Shown piece after piece: positions 9,968 to 21,152 of a DNA stretch of 64,000 nucleotides. This DNA comes from Candidatus Bathyarchaeia archaeon (GTDB taxonomy: Archaea; Thermoproteota; Bathyarchaeia; Bathyarchaeales; Bathycorpusculaceae), in the NCBI GenBank assembly GCA_049516875.1, contig JBEKSS010000001.1:448001-512000 (forward strand), read 5' to 3'. Positions within the stretch are counted from its first letter, which is position 1, and every line of letters starts with the position of its first letter. The notes under the pieces were generated by a model. It was not told the origin of the DNA and did not search any database. It saw only the letters and a program-made list of their open reading frames with translations. The translations under genes were made by a program, and so were the position numbers.

Positions 9968-12900
9968 TTGGCAAAAGCTCTAGCCTTGAAAAGGAAGCTA
10001 TTGGTTCTAGGCATAATCATCATGATGATTTCATTATTTGTCAAACTAGAACCCGACGCAAAAGCCCAATCCAGCTCAGAATATCAAAGATACGTGCATA
10101 ATTATTCAAACAGCACTTACATGGAAAAGCCAATGTTTCCAGTACTGATTAATGACTCCCAAATACTTGTGGGTCAAAACTGGACAATAATCTGTCCCTT
10201 GCAGGCAAGTCATTCTTATCATGTTTACCTTTACGGCGCCTGGGTGAACAACGGATCGCAACCAAAAACAGACTATGACGTCTACGTCTATGGCCCAAAC
10301 GGCATACTCGTGGGCGTCCACACAGAATCCGCAGGACTCCTTGAACACCTAGGAGACACCGTAGACACACCGTTCTTCACACCAAAACAAACCGGCAACT
10401 ACACCTTCATAATAGCAAACAACGCAGGCACAAGCCAAGCAGCACAACAAGCAACATTCATGATCATCGAAAACATCCAAACCAACAGTCAAGAACGAAA
10501 CAATCCTGAACAACGTGCCACTAGCATGGGAGCCAGGACTATACGGCAACGCAACCAGCACAACCACCACGCCAGGCACAAACGCCACGATAGGCGGCTA
10601 CAACTTGGACAGTGAAGGGTACAGAGGAGTAGCCTACGCAAGCTGCGAGTACCCAGGCCAGGACATGCTCATAAACTACACCTCACCACACACAGGACAA
10701 ACTCTCTACCACCTAGTACTAATAGGCGAATACGGAGCAGGAACAGTGAACTTTCTAGTCAGAACAATATTCGACGCTTCCCTACAACCATCAATAGTCC
10801 CGGGCAAAGTGTATTTGGACACTAATGCTACCATAGTTTATGTCTCAAAGTCCACAGACTTGGTGAACGCAACCCTGCAATACTCAACCGACAATTGGAC
10901 AAGCACAACGACAATTCCAATGGCAATCCTGGCAGACAACAGAACCTGCACAACGGTCATTCCCGCACAGGCTGCAGGCACACTTGTCAGCTACAGAGTT
11001 CAAGCCTACGATTATCTAGAAGACGCGCTTGTCGCTGGCGGAAACTACACTGTGAGGCAACCTTCGACAACTTTTTTGGCAAAGCCCATGTTCCCAGTAA
11101 TGTTCAACGATTCCCAGATTGAGATAGACCGGGACTGGAGCGTCGTATCCACCTTGCAGGCAAGTCATTCTTATCATGTTTACCTTTACGGCGCCTGGGT
11201 AAACAACGGATCACAACCAAAAACAGACTATGACGTCTACGTCTACGACCCAAACGGCATACTCGTGGGCATCCACACAGAATCCGCAGGACTCCTTGAA
11301 CACCTAGGAGACACCGTAAACACACCGTTCTTCACACCAAAACAAACCGGCAACTACACCTTCATAATAGCAAACAACGCAGGCACAAGCCAAGCAGCAC
11401 AACAAGCAACATTCATGATCATCGAAAACATCCAAACCAACAGGTTAACGTTCCGGACACGCTGGACATGTACGAAGCAAGACTATATCTCATGGCCGAT
11501 CCAACAGTCAAGAACGAAACAATCCTAAACGGCATACCGCTAGCATGGGAACCGGGGCTATACGGCAACAGAACCGACATCTTCGGCGGCTACAACTTAG
11601 ACAGTGAAGGGTACAGAGGAGTAGTCTACGCAAGCTGCGAGTACCCAGGCCAGGACATGCTCATAAACTACACCTCACCACACACAGGACAAACTCTCTA
11701 CCACCTAGTACTAATAGGCGAATATGGAGCAGGAACAGTACAGTTCCGCGTCAAGACCGTTTTTGACCCTTCTCTGCAACCATCGATCCTCCCGGGCAAT
11801 GTATATCCAGACACCGATGTGACTATAGCTTACGTTTCAAAGTCCACAGACCTGCTCAACGCAACCTTACAATGCTCAACCAACAATTGGACAAGCACAA
11901 CAACAATTCCAATGGAAATCTCGGACGACCAGAGAACGTGCACAGCAACAATCCCCAGACAGGTAGCTGACACATTTATCCTCTTTGGAGTCCAAGCCTA
12001 CGACTCTCTGGAAAACAGACTTGTCGCCACGGGAAACTACACTGTAATACGAAGCTCGACCTTTCTTGAAAAACCCATGTTTCCCGTATGGTTTGATGAA
12101 TCGCAGATTGAGATAGGGCGAGACTGGAACATCACGTGCCCGCTGGAAGCAAACCACACCTATCACATCTACCTTTACGGCGCCTGGGTGAACAACGGAT
12201 CAGACCCAAAGACAAACTACGACGTCTACGTTTACAAACCAGACGGCAACTCCGAAAGCAACCACACCGCATCCGCCGGGCTACTTGAACACTTGGGCGA
12301 CACGTATGACGCACCCTTCTTCACTCCAGCACAAAGCGGCAACTACACCTTCAGAATAGTAAACAGCGCGGGAGGAAGCGTTGCTGCTCAACAGGCAACG
12401 TTCATGATGGTCGAGGATGTTGAATGCAACAGCTGGCATCAACGCTACATCGAAGGTACAAACAACGGTACCCAAGCTCCTGACACTAGCTGGGCATACG
12501 AGTTTGTAACCGAAAGTCAGAACGTGCAGGTTCTGATCAGTGTTCCAGAAACGTTGGCCATGTACGAGGCTAGGCTGTACCTCATGGCCGATCCAACAGT
12601 CAAAAACGAGACAATCCTAAACGGCATACCGCTAGCATGGGAACCGGGACTATACGGCAACACAACCAGCACAACCGCCACACCAGGCACAAACGTCGCC
12701 TTAGGAGGCTACAATCCGGAGAGTGAAGGATACCGAGGTATAGCCTTTGCAACAAGCGATCATGCAGGCCAAGACGTGTTCATCAACTTCACCTCACCAC
12801 ACGCAGGAAAGACCCTCTACCAACTGGTACTGATAGGCGGAAAAGGCAGCGGAACGGTGGAGTTCCTAGTCAAAACGATTTTTAATGCCAGCTTGCAACC

Positions 12901-13579
12901 GTCAATCGTCCCGAGCAGACTATATCCAAATGACACCGGCATAGTCGCCTACGTTTCTACGTCAACAGACTTGGTGAACGCAACCTTGCAATACTCAACC
13001 GACAACTGGGCAAACGCGACCACGATCCCGATGGAAATCTTTGACAACAGAACGTGTAGAGTAACGATTCCAGGGCAAATTGCTGGAACAAACGTGGCGT
13101 ATGGAATCGAAGCCACCGATTTGTTAAGAGATGTTCTTGTTGCCAACGGAAGCTACACTGTGAAGAACCCCTCAATGCTGAACGTAACTTTGATTCGAGA
13201 AACTGTAACATTGGGCGATAACATAACCGTCAAAGGCTATATGATTCCACAAACTGGTGGTGTGCCCATCACAGTGTATTTCAACTCTGAAAATGACAGC
13301 GAAAGCACAATGTGTTTCACGCTTGCAGACGGTTCTTTCGCGGCCAGCTTTACACCTAACGCTATAGGGGCTTGGAATGTTCAAGCAACATTCTCTGAGG
13401 ACACGTCAACTTATGGAAGCATGAGCCAACAACTAGTGGCAATCGTTGGAGAACCATCCTTTCTAGCACAATATTCACTCTACATAGGCGTAGGAGTTGC
13501 CGCAGCAGCAATAGGTTCAGTAGTCTTGATGCTTTATCTCAGAAAGTGGCGTGGCCGCGTGGTAGAAGAAGAATGGTAG
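9968..13579 (+). pseudogene. Large three-repeat surface glycoprotein split into three ORFs (9968-10615, 10515-11528, 11468-13579) by two internal deletions
   Basis: Signal peptide in ORF1, repeated KPMFPV...YLYGAWVNNGS...PLAWEPGLYGN units, C-terminal TM in ORF3; frame breaks at ~10488 and ~11443. Confidence 0.75.
10197..11443 (+). repeat. Near-identical ~290 bp internal repeat (10197-10488 vs 11152-11443)
   Basis: Direct comparison shows only a handful of substitutions. Confidence 0.9.
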
Positions 13580-14730
13580 TAGACTTTCGTGTCGATTGAA
13601 CTAGAGTTTAGTCTCCCTGAAATACCAAGATGTGGCAAGTTCGTAACAGGAAATGAATCACCATAACCGAAACTTTGTTCTTCCCATTTAAAAACGATGA
13701 ATTGACTATGAAGGTTAAGATCTGAGGAATCGTGTTAATTTACACTTCAAACCTTTTGGGATGGAGTTGTGTCAGTAACGAAGACACGGAGAGGATGTAC
13801 GTGCTAGCTCTTAGCCAAGTATTTCACAGGATCCGCCTCTTGCAAATTCTAAAGACTTGCTCAAGCATCCAGCCACAATTGGGCATGGCTCTTGATTGCA
13901 GCATCGAAGCTTTCAAACCTGAGATATAGTGTGCTCAGTTTTTTGGACTCGCGTTCTCTAGATTCGTCTTGCAGAGAATTGTCTTTTGCAACTCACAGTA
14001 CAGCTTTTTTGCCTCTGTCAACTACGTCTCTAACTAACTGAGACTGTCGAAGTTGCTGGTTCTTCGTTCTCAAGGAGAGCGTCCGAACTTACATCTGCTC
14101 ATCTTTTTTACTAAAAGCAACTGCTCTCCATACATTCTTAAACCTGCCTCACAGCAGATTGCGTCAACGACATAACTATGGCAGAACAATGTAGTGATGG
14201 AGTTTTCGGTATCAATGCCGCAAAGGATGAAACCAGAAAACAAAAGACAGGAACTTAGTTTTCCCGTACCCTACGGCAGATTGTCTAACAATGAGCACGC
14301 AAACGTAATTTCATGCGCTGGGTTTTCGGGCCAACGACCTATGTTATGAACCAACGTATCTGTATAGTCAACTGTCGCTTGAGCCAAGTTTATAAGACAT
14401 GCCAGTCATCAACTGCCCACCCGTTGCACAGGAACCCAAGCTGTCTGAAGTTGAAGCTGAACAAATCATAACTTCAACTTTCCTTTTCTCGTCAGTATGC
14501 TCAGAGCGGGTTCTATTCAACGTTGAAGGATCTCTTCTGCGCTTGTTGTTCGCAAAGATCTTTATGACTTCTTTATTTTTTCGCTGACTTCCACGGGGGT
14601 TCAGCGAGCATATGTATCGACGTTCCGGTAATCACGTTGAATCTAATCAATCAGATTGCCAGTCTTCACAAACTTACTAACTGTGCAGGCCAATAATAGA
14701 ATGCCTCAAATCCGTTTGCGCTGTGGTTTC

Positions 14731-14744
14731 AAAAAAATAAAAGG
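14731..14744 (-). terminator. Oligo-T terminator downstream of archaellin genes
   Basis: CCTTTTATTTTTTT on - strand ~40 bp after the stop at 14782. Confidence 0.5.
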
Positions 14745-14781
14745 AAAGTGGGGGAGATATCTCGGCTTGTGTAGGAGTTTT

Positions 14782-15426
14782 CTAACCGAGATCGATAATC
14801 TGCTTTTGTGGTAGACCGCCTGGGATTTCTCTCTGTATCATCAAAGCTGCGCCTCTGCTGGTCCTGATCTCAACCTTGAACTTAGTGTAGGGCTGTAAGG
14901 GGTAGGCCGTGCCCAAGTAGACGACCATGTATGCTTTTGCGTTTTGTTTGAGAACCGTGTCAGTCGTTTGTTGACTGTTGTAGATGAAGCAGGTAGCATT
15001 TGGTGCAGTGCCCATTAGATTCATTAGGGTTACTATGTCCTTATCGCTCCGGCTCACTGAACCACTGTATATATTGGCAAGCGACCAGTTTCCGCCTTGC
15101 ACTGCAACTACTACGGTATTATTAGCCATGTCCACTTGCTCCTGACCTACTGCGAGCTTCAACGGGATAGCGAGAAACGTCACGTTACCATTGGTGTCTG
15201 TCGCTCCCGCAATGTAGCCGTCGAGTTCAAGAGCGCTCGTCGCTTCCTGGATGCCCTTGTCAATCGTAGACTTCGCCGTCTGCGCCGAGTAGAAACCCAT
15301 GTTGATGACAACGTAGGCCAAAGCAGCGGCTATCACCACGAAGGCAATCAAAACGATTGCAGCTTCAATACCGACGATACCGCGCTTATTCTTGCGGATG
15401 CAACGCATTAAGGTGTTCATTGCCAC
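14782..15426 (-). CDS. flaB: Archaellin
   Basis: Class III signal peptide KRG|IVGIEAAIVLIAFVVIAAAL. Confidence 0.95.
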   Translation of the reverse strand: MAMNTLMRCIRKNKRGIVGIEAAIVLIAFVVIAAALAYVVINMGFYSAQTAKSTIDKGIQEATSALELDGYIAGATDTNGNVTFLAIPLKLAVGQEQVDMANNTVVVAVQGGNWSLANIYSGSVSRSDKDIVTLMNLMGTAPNATCFIYNSQQTTDTVLKQNAKAYMVVYLGTAYPLQPYTKFKVEIRTSRGAALMIQREIPGGLPQKQIIDLG

Positions 15427-15430
15427 TCAC

Positions 15431-16132
15431 CTAACTGCCTACTATGCTCCAACCTGTGGAAAGCTGGGCGGAAACTTTGAAATCAACGGAGATCGGTGCG
15501 TCTTGCTGTGGCCTAATCTGGATGTAGATGGTTTGGCCGTGAGTTGGGCGGTCCTGTGGTGCGAAGTAGACCATTAGAAATCCTTTTTCGCTGCTGTCAA
15601 GCGAAGTGTTGTTGTTACTATTGCCTATAAACAGCTCCGCCGCAGTTATTGTGCCTCCATTGGACAATGGTGTCGAACCCGTATAGTTGACCAAATTGTC
15701 CATTTTAGTACTATATGGATCGATGGTGTTGCTAGTACTGGCGTTGACTCCATAGTAGCAATTTGCGATTGCGCTTTGGCCAGAGATTGTCAAAGTAATT
15801 TGGGTTGAATTTGCGTCCATTGGAACGTATCTTACTCCGACTACTTGTAGCGGGACCATCATGGCATCAACGTAGTAAGGAGCAGTAGCATTGGCTCTTA
15901 GCATGATGTCTCCGTCGACAATCAGAGGGCTGCTTGCTTCTGATATGCCGTTCTGGATTGTACTTTTGCCGCTTTGTGTTGCGAACAGACCCATGTTGAC
16001 GACCATGAAAGCGAATGCAGCAGCAACAATGACGAAAGCGATGAGCACGATTGCAGCTTCAATACCTACCATACCGCGATTCTGTTTCAGTAGTTTTCTT
16101 AGGCTTTGTTTTATTTTCATTTTCTTTTTCAC
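15431..16132 (-). CDS. flaB: Archaellin
   Basis: NRG|MVGIEAAIVLIAFVIVAAAF. Confidence 0.95.
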   Translation of the reverse strand: MKKKMKIKQSLRKLLKQNRGMVGIEAAIVLIAFVIVAAAFAFMVVNMGLFATQSGKSTIQNGISEASSPLIVDGDIMLRANATAPYYVDAMMVPLQVVGVRYVPMDANSTQITLTISGQSAIANCYYGVNASTSNTIDPYSTKMDNLVNYTGSTPLSNGGTITAAELFIGNSNNNTSLDSSEKGFLMVYFAPQDRPTHGQTIYIQIRPQQDAPISVDFKVSAQLSTGWSIVGS

Positions 16133-16454
16133 CTGAGCCTAAGAGTATTGACTATTGCGATATAATACTCTGTGCGTCACAGCACCTACAAACAACACTC
16201 GCCCCAAAAAGGATAGTTTGACGTTTGCGCTTGGCCGACGACCATCAATTGGGCAGATGTTGTGGGACCTTGAGGTCGGAATCGACTGAGCGCCTGAAAG
16301 CCTGGACTCCCCCCTCCGTTTTCTAAGACCTTTCTGTAGGTTTCGGTGCACGTCTGTTGTTTTATCCATATCTAGGGGAAATAGCGGGTTCAGCAACGCT
16401 GTCCTGTTCTGCGGTTGAGACGCGGAAAGGGGGTTTAGAAGCGTGTAGGTTTGC

Positions 16455-17111
16455 TTAGCTGCCTACTGTTAGCCATCCGTTGGTGAGATCTGGCGAGACG
16501 AAGATCTCAACTGAGAGTGGAGCACCGTTCTGTGGTCGGATGTCGATGTAGATGTGTTCCCCCTCGGCTGCCTGGTCGGTTCCGCTGAAATAGAATACCA
16601 AGAAGCCTTTCTCGTTAGAGTCGAGAGATGAGCCACCATCATTGTTGCCTATGAAGAGTTTTGCGCTTGTGCTGCTGTTTCCGACGGCGTTTACGAGTGT
16701 ATCAAACTGAGCTGTGTAGGGGTTAGTGTCGTTTATCCCCTTGTAAACGTCGGCGATTGCAGTGTGACTCCCCACTCTTAACGTTACTACGGTTGAGTTT
16801 TGGGCCATTGACACGTATTGTGTTCCAATAGTCTTCAATGGAATTACCGTGGCGTCAACTTTTCCAGAGCTTCCTCTCAGGTATATGCTACCATCAATCA
16901 TCAGTGGACTACTCACAGCCGATATGCCCTGCTGAATTGTGTCTCTTCCCCTCTGCGTTGCGAATAAACCCATATTGACCGCCATGAAACTGAAAGCAGC
17001 AGCAACAATGACGAAAGCGATGAGCACGATTGCAGCTTCAATACCTACCATACCGCGATTCTGTTTCAAAGATTTCTTCAGTGCTTTCCTAATATTCATT
17101 AGAGCCTTCAC
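16455..17111 (-). CDS. flaB: Archaellin
   Basis: NRG|MVGIEAAIVLIAFVIVAAAFSF. Confidence 0.95.
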   Translation of the reverse strand: MKALMNIRKALKKSLKQNRGMVGIEAAIVLIAFVIVAAAFSFMAVNMGLFATQRGRDTIQQGISAVSSPLMIDGSIYLRGSSGKVDATVIPLKTIGTQYVSMAQNSTVVTLRVGSHTAIADVYKGINDTNPYTAQFDTLVNAVGNSSTSAKLFIGNNDGGSSLDSNEKGFLVFYFSGTDQAAEGEHIYIDIRPQNGAPLSVEIFVSPDLTNGWLTVGS

Positions 17112-17535
17112 CTTTAGTTGCGCTCAGTATTCAGAATATTTAGATATAATCTATTGTATGTCGCAAACCCCACAGACAATGCGTCCCACGGGATTTTGCA
17201 CACACCTGAAAAGATTTGCAGGCTGAAGTGTTACAGTGAATGGCGGCCACGTTGACCCGTTGCACCTTGAGATATCTGAAGATGAAATATCCCTCAGCGT
17301 CTTGTCAGACAGCTGCCAAAATGTGTAATTCATTTGACGGGACTTGGTAGAAAGGGATCAGAGTGACCTGCGACAAGGGGATTGCCTCAACTGCAAACTT
17401 CACCTTCACACGGATGGCTGAAGTCTGACATCCAATTGACGTGGCTAAATACAAAAATGCATGCTTGTAAGTTGGTCTGGTGCTAACATAAACATGCTGA
17501 TTAGACGTGAAGGTCAAAAAAGCAAGCCAATGGAC

Positions 17536-18513
17536 TCAGCGTCGCAGGCAGACTTCTTGAACTGTTTTCGCGGTTTCATTCAGTTTGGAGAACAGCAATT
17601 CAAGTGTTTCGATGAAAGCGTTGTAGTTTGTCCAAAGAGCCACTGTTTTGGATTTCCTTTTGTCGATGTCATCCTCTCTTTCATCATTTTGTTGAATCGC
17701 GATTAACAGTTCCTTTCTGTCAGATATGATGAAGCAAGGTATGTTATCGACATCTACGACTCGGTGCTTGTGACCTGCCCAACTCATTTTTCCCAAGAAG
17801 AACCTGCCTTTCAAAGAGTTTTCCGTCAGCAACGCGATGTCCAGCTTCTTCGAGCACACTTCCAGGTTGTCTATGAAATCACTATGGTACAGTTGACCCA
17901 AATATTCGCCTGGGGCAAATATCTGAATTTCTGTTCTTGCCCTTTCAAGAAGTTCATTTGCTTTAAGAAGTATTTGCTGACCGCCTTCGAGTATTTGGAA
18001 AATCTCTTTCTTGCTGCTTTCAAGTTTCGGCTGCGGCATAGACGACCAAAGGTCGACCAAGCCAGCTTTTTCCTTCTCCAAGAGCCTGATTCTCATTTTC
18101 TGAGCTTCTATCAACAGGTCTACCGCTTTTTCCAGGGGCACCGCCGTAAACTTCAGCGGTTTTTCGAAAACCGAAAAAACGATACCTTTCTTCTCCAGAT
18201 CACGCAGAATTCTGTACGTCTCTGTCCTATGAAGCATTATTGCCTCAGCGACTTCGGCGGCCTTTCTTTCCCCCGCTCTCGCAAGATAGACGAAGACCCT
18301 TATCTCGTTTTTCAGCAGTCCGAATCTGGACAGGGTGTCCTCTATCATCATGAGCTGCTTGTTAAACCCCTTGTCTCTTTTGACGAACTTCCATGATTCA
18401 TTCTTCTCATCATATACCTTGATCAAATCGTCGATTTTTTCCATTGACAGTTCCATGACCATTCTCCTACGCTCATCGCGATCTGAGCTTGACGGCCAAT
18501 TCTGATGAAGCAT
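17536..18513 (-). CDS. TrmB-family transcriptional regulator
   Basis: LSRFGLLKNEIRVFVYL...HRTETYRILRDLEKKGIV wHTH, coiled coil, PLD-like effector domain (FIISDRKELL, WTN). Confidence 0.88.
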   Translation of the reverse strand: MLHQNWPSSSDRDERRRMVMELSMEKIDDLIKVYDEKNESWKFVKRDKGFNKQLMMIEDTLSRFGLLKNEIRVFVYLARAGERKAAEVAEAIMLHRTETYRILRDLEKKGIVFSVFEKPLKFTAVPLEKAVDLLIEAQKMRIRLLEKEKAGLVDLWSSMPQPKLESSKKEIFQILEGGQQILLKANELLERARTEIQIFAPGEYLGQLYHSDFIDNLEVCSKKLDIALLTENSLKGRFFLGKMSWAGHKHRVVDVDNIPCFIISDRKELLIAIQQNDEREDDIDKRKSKTVALWTNYNAFIETLELLFSKLNETAKTVQEVCLRR

Positions 18514-18780
18514 ATACTTTACGCTTATGAACTCAAAATCTGAATCAGAAATTCACGGTTGACAGACCTCGCTCTGCAATAAGAGCAAAATCGCATTGAC
18601 AGCGCGTAATTTGCTTGGACTCGATGATATCGGCAGGGTAGAGTGTTTGGAGACGGTTGTGTCACGCCACGAGGAGAAACGAGTCGGATTGTTGTTTATG
18701 AATCGGTTTTGGGCATATTTCGACGACAGAAGGATAGTTTAACTGTCTTTTAAACATCTTTCTTTTTGGAGAAATTCTAA

Positions 18781-19143
18781 GTGGGGCTGATGGAGTTGAT
18801 GGAGAAAGTTGAGACGCGGTCAGGAAATGCGCATCAAGTAATACTGAGCTATAATGGAACAGTGTTTTACGTGTCCACGGTTCGCGTTCACTTTTGTAAA
18901 GGGGATATGAAGCATGAGGCGATATTCTGTGCCAAAGAAACAAAGGATGGTCCATCGAAAGATTTGGCCATGGAAATACCGCAAGACCTGTACGAGGTCT
19001 TGCTAAAATATGTCCGCCTGAATAACCCAGATCTTATACTCGTCTTGCAGGTCGAGGGCAGCAACTGCAGATGGGGTTTCACAAGCGAAACCTGGCTAAG
19101 ACAGTATTCACGCAAAGATAATTCCCGAAACTACGTTGTCTAG
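18781..19143 (+). CDS. Hypothetical protein
   Basis: 120 aa ORF divergent from TrmB; no recognisable motif. Confidence 0.45.
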   Translation: MGLMELMEKVETRSGNAHQVILSYNGTVFYVSTVRVHFCKGDMKHEAIFCAKETKDGPSKDLAMEIPQDLYEVLLKYVRLNNPDLILVLQVEGSNCRWGFTSETWLRQYSRKDNSRNYVV

Positions 19144-19451
19144 CTCGGCGTTGAAGACTCCAGCATCATATGCAGGATAGCAGAAGAGACAAGGAATCAA
19201 CTGAGAAAGTCCGCAAAATCGCCCTTGTGAATAAGAGCCTCCTACACACTGAGATTTAGCAAGAAATAGTCCGAAAACGCCAAACACGACAGTTAACGCA
19301 AGCAGCGATAAAGTTCAGTTTGCATTTTGATCTTGAATTCATAACCTATTTATTCGTACAAAGACACCTTTTCCAAGAAAAGAGGAACCCGATTGTCAAT
19401 TAGTAAACACATTAAATTCGTTCAGAAAGAACACTTTCTTGGTGATGTGAA

Positions 19452-20750
19452 TTGAGGATTGGTTTTTTTGTTTGGGAATACCCACCGGCGCTTGTCGGCG
19501 GTTTAGGCACTTATGCTGAGTACATAACGCGCCAATTCGTTTCCATGGGCAACGACGTAACAGTTTTTACCCTTAACCCGGGAAACCTCAAAACTCGAGA
19601 AATTCTGAAAGGCGTGGAAGTTCACAGACCTTTGATTGCCGATGCAAGCAATGTTTTCCCGATGTTCGTCATCGACGACTTGAAAAAATGGGGGACGAAT
19701 ATACGCATGTTCAATGACATATTCATCTATAACATTCTGAGCGCGTCAAAATTCATAAACAGCATGTTGAAAAAGGAAGGCTGTAATTACGACATCGTCT
19801 GCGTGCATGATTGGCTGAGCAGCATATCCGGTCTCATGGTCAAGAATGAAACAAAAACACCAGTGGTCTTTCACGTCCACAGCACCGAGTGGGGTAGAGC
19901 AGGAGGGCAAGGATCAGAAGTTGTCTCACACCTCGAGTGGGCAACGTCCCAGAAAGTGGACAAAATCATAACTGTCAGCCATTCCATGCAAGAAGACTTG
20001 GTCAGACACGGATGGCCAAAATCCAAAATAAGCGTAGTCTGGAACGGCGTAGACCCTGAATATTACAATCCCAGAACCTGCAAACCCGAGGACGTAGAAG
20101 CAATACGCAACAGGTATGCGATAAAACCTGACGAAAAAATGGTTTTGTTCCTCGGAAGACTCACCTGGGTCAAAGGTGTTACAAACCTCGTTCAAGCAAT
20201 GCCCATGGTATTGGCGGACTATCCTAACACTAAACTAGTGATTCTCGGAAAAGGTGAACAACAAAACGACATAATCGAAACCGCAAACAGACTCGGAATA
20301 AGCGAAAAAGTTGCTTGCAGGTTTGAATTCGTACCAGAAAGAGAACGTATCCTACATTACGCAGCAGCAGACGTTTGCATTTTCCCCTCCACTTACGAAC
20401 CGTTTGGAATAGTAAGCCTGGAAGCCATGTCAATGGAGAAACCGATAATTGTTGGAGCCCAAGGCACAGTTGGATTCACAGAGCAAGTCATTCCCACTGG
20501 ACCTGACCAGAACGGCGTTCACGTAAACGGTGGCAACCCATCCGATATTGCATGGGGCATCAAGGAAACCCTATCTGATCCCGACAGAGCCAAAAAATGG
20601 GGAATAAACGGCAGAAGAAGGGTGTTGCAATATTTCACATGGCGAGAAGCTGCAGAACAGACTCTTCGAATATATGAAATGGTTCAACATCCACCAGGAC
20701 ACGAGGAATTTAAATTAGTCGATTTGGTCGAGAAGCTAACAAGAACATAA
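19452..20750 (+). CDS. GT4 glycosyltransferase (glycogen synthase-like)
   Basis: WEYPPALVGGLG, HDW, HSTE, YEPFGIVSLEAM. Confidence 0.9.
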   Translation: MRIGFFVWEYPPALVGGLGTYAEYITRQFVSMGNDVTVFTLNPGNLKTREILKGVEVHRPLIADASNVFPMFVIDDLKKWGTNIRMFNDIFIYNILSASKFINSMLKKEGCNYDIVCVHDWLSSISGLMVKNETKTPVVFHVHSTEWGRAGGQGSEVVSHLEWATSQKVDKIITVSHSMQEDLVRHGWPKSKISVVWNGVDPEYYNPRTCKPEDVEAIRNRYAIKPDEKMVLFLGRLTWVKGVTNLVQAMPMVLADYPNTKLVILGKGEQQNDIIETANRLGISEKVACRFEFVPERERILHYAAADVCIFPSTYEPFGIVSLEAMSMEKPIIVGAQGTVGFTEQVIPTGPDQNGVHVNGGNPSDIAWGIKETLSDPDRAKKWGINGRRRVLQYFTWREAAEQTLRIYEMVQHPPGHEEFKLVDLVEKLTRT

Positions 20751-20885
20751 GAAGCCAAATGATTCTGCGCATCTCATAGTTTGTGACACCTACGCGCGCG
20801 CAAGTAGAGAGCCACAATCAGATGTTGCTGCCGTTGTCAAAATGCGAAAGGTTTATTAAATATCAATACTGCATATATACCTAGC

Positions 20886-21140
20886 GAAGGGCTGCCGACC
20901 AGTTTGGACCTAAGCTTGCAGACTTGAGTTCTGATTGCTTGTGTTCCTCGAATCCCGGTCTTGTCGTGCATCGCGGTTCTTGACGCAGCTCGTAGCTCAG
21001 GGTTGGCAGCCCCCGGGCAAAGAACACAACTTTTTTTGCTATACATGTTTGCTGTTTTTAACGAAAAGTAACACCGGAGAGGCGGAGACGCTGGGTTCAA
21101 GCTTAATTTTGGCGAACGTTCCCAGAGTCGAACCCTTTCC
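20886..21140 (+). ncRNA. Putative structured tRNA-like RNA of unknown type
   Basis: BRE/TATA at 20846-20860; 5'/3' end pairing; TAGCTCAG and GGGTTCAA..CCCAG tRNA signatures; no credible ORF. Confidence 0.4.
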
Positions 21141-21152
21141 AAACAGTCTACG

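Noticed and set aside
9968-13579. Diversity-generating retroelement (TR/VR-like near-identical repeats)
   Set aside because: Repeats are in-frame protein domain repeats, differences are not confined to adenines, and no reverse transcriptase is in the window
20886-21140. SRP RNA, RNase P RNA or tmRNA
   Set aside because: No helix-8 CAGG-GNRA-AGCA motif, no GAGGAA.UCC P4 signature, no CCA end or tag ORF
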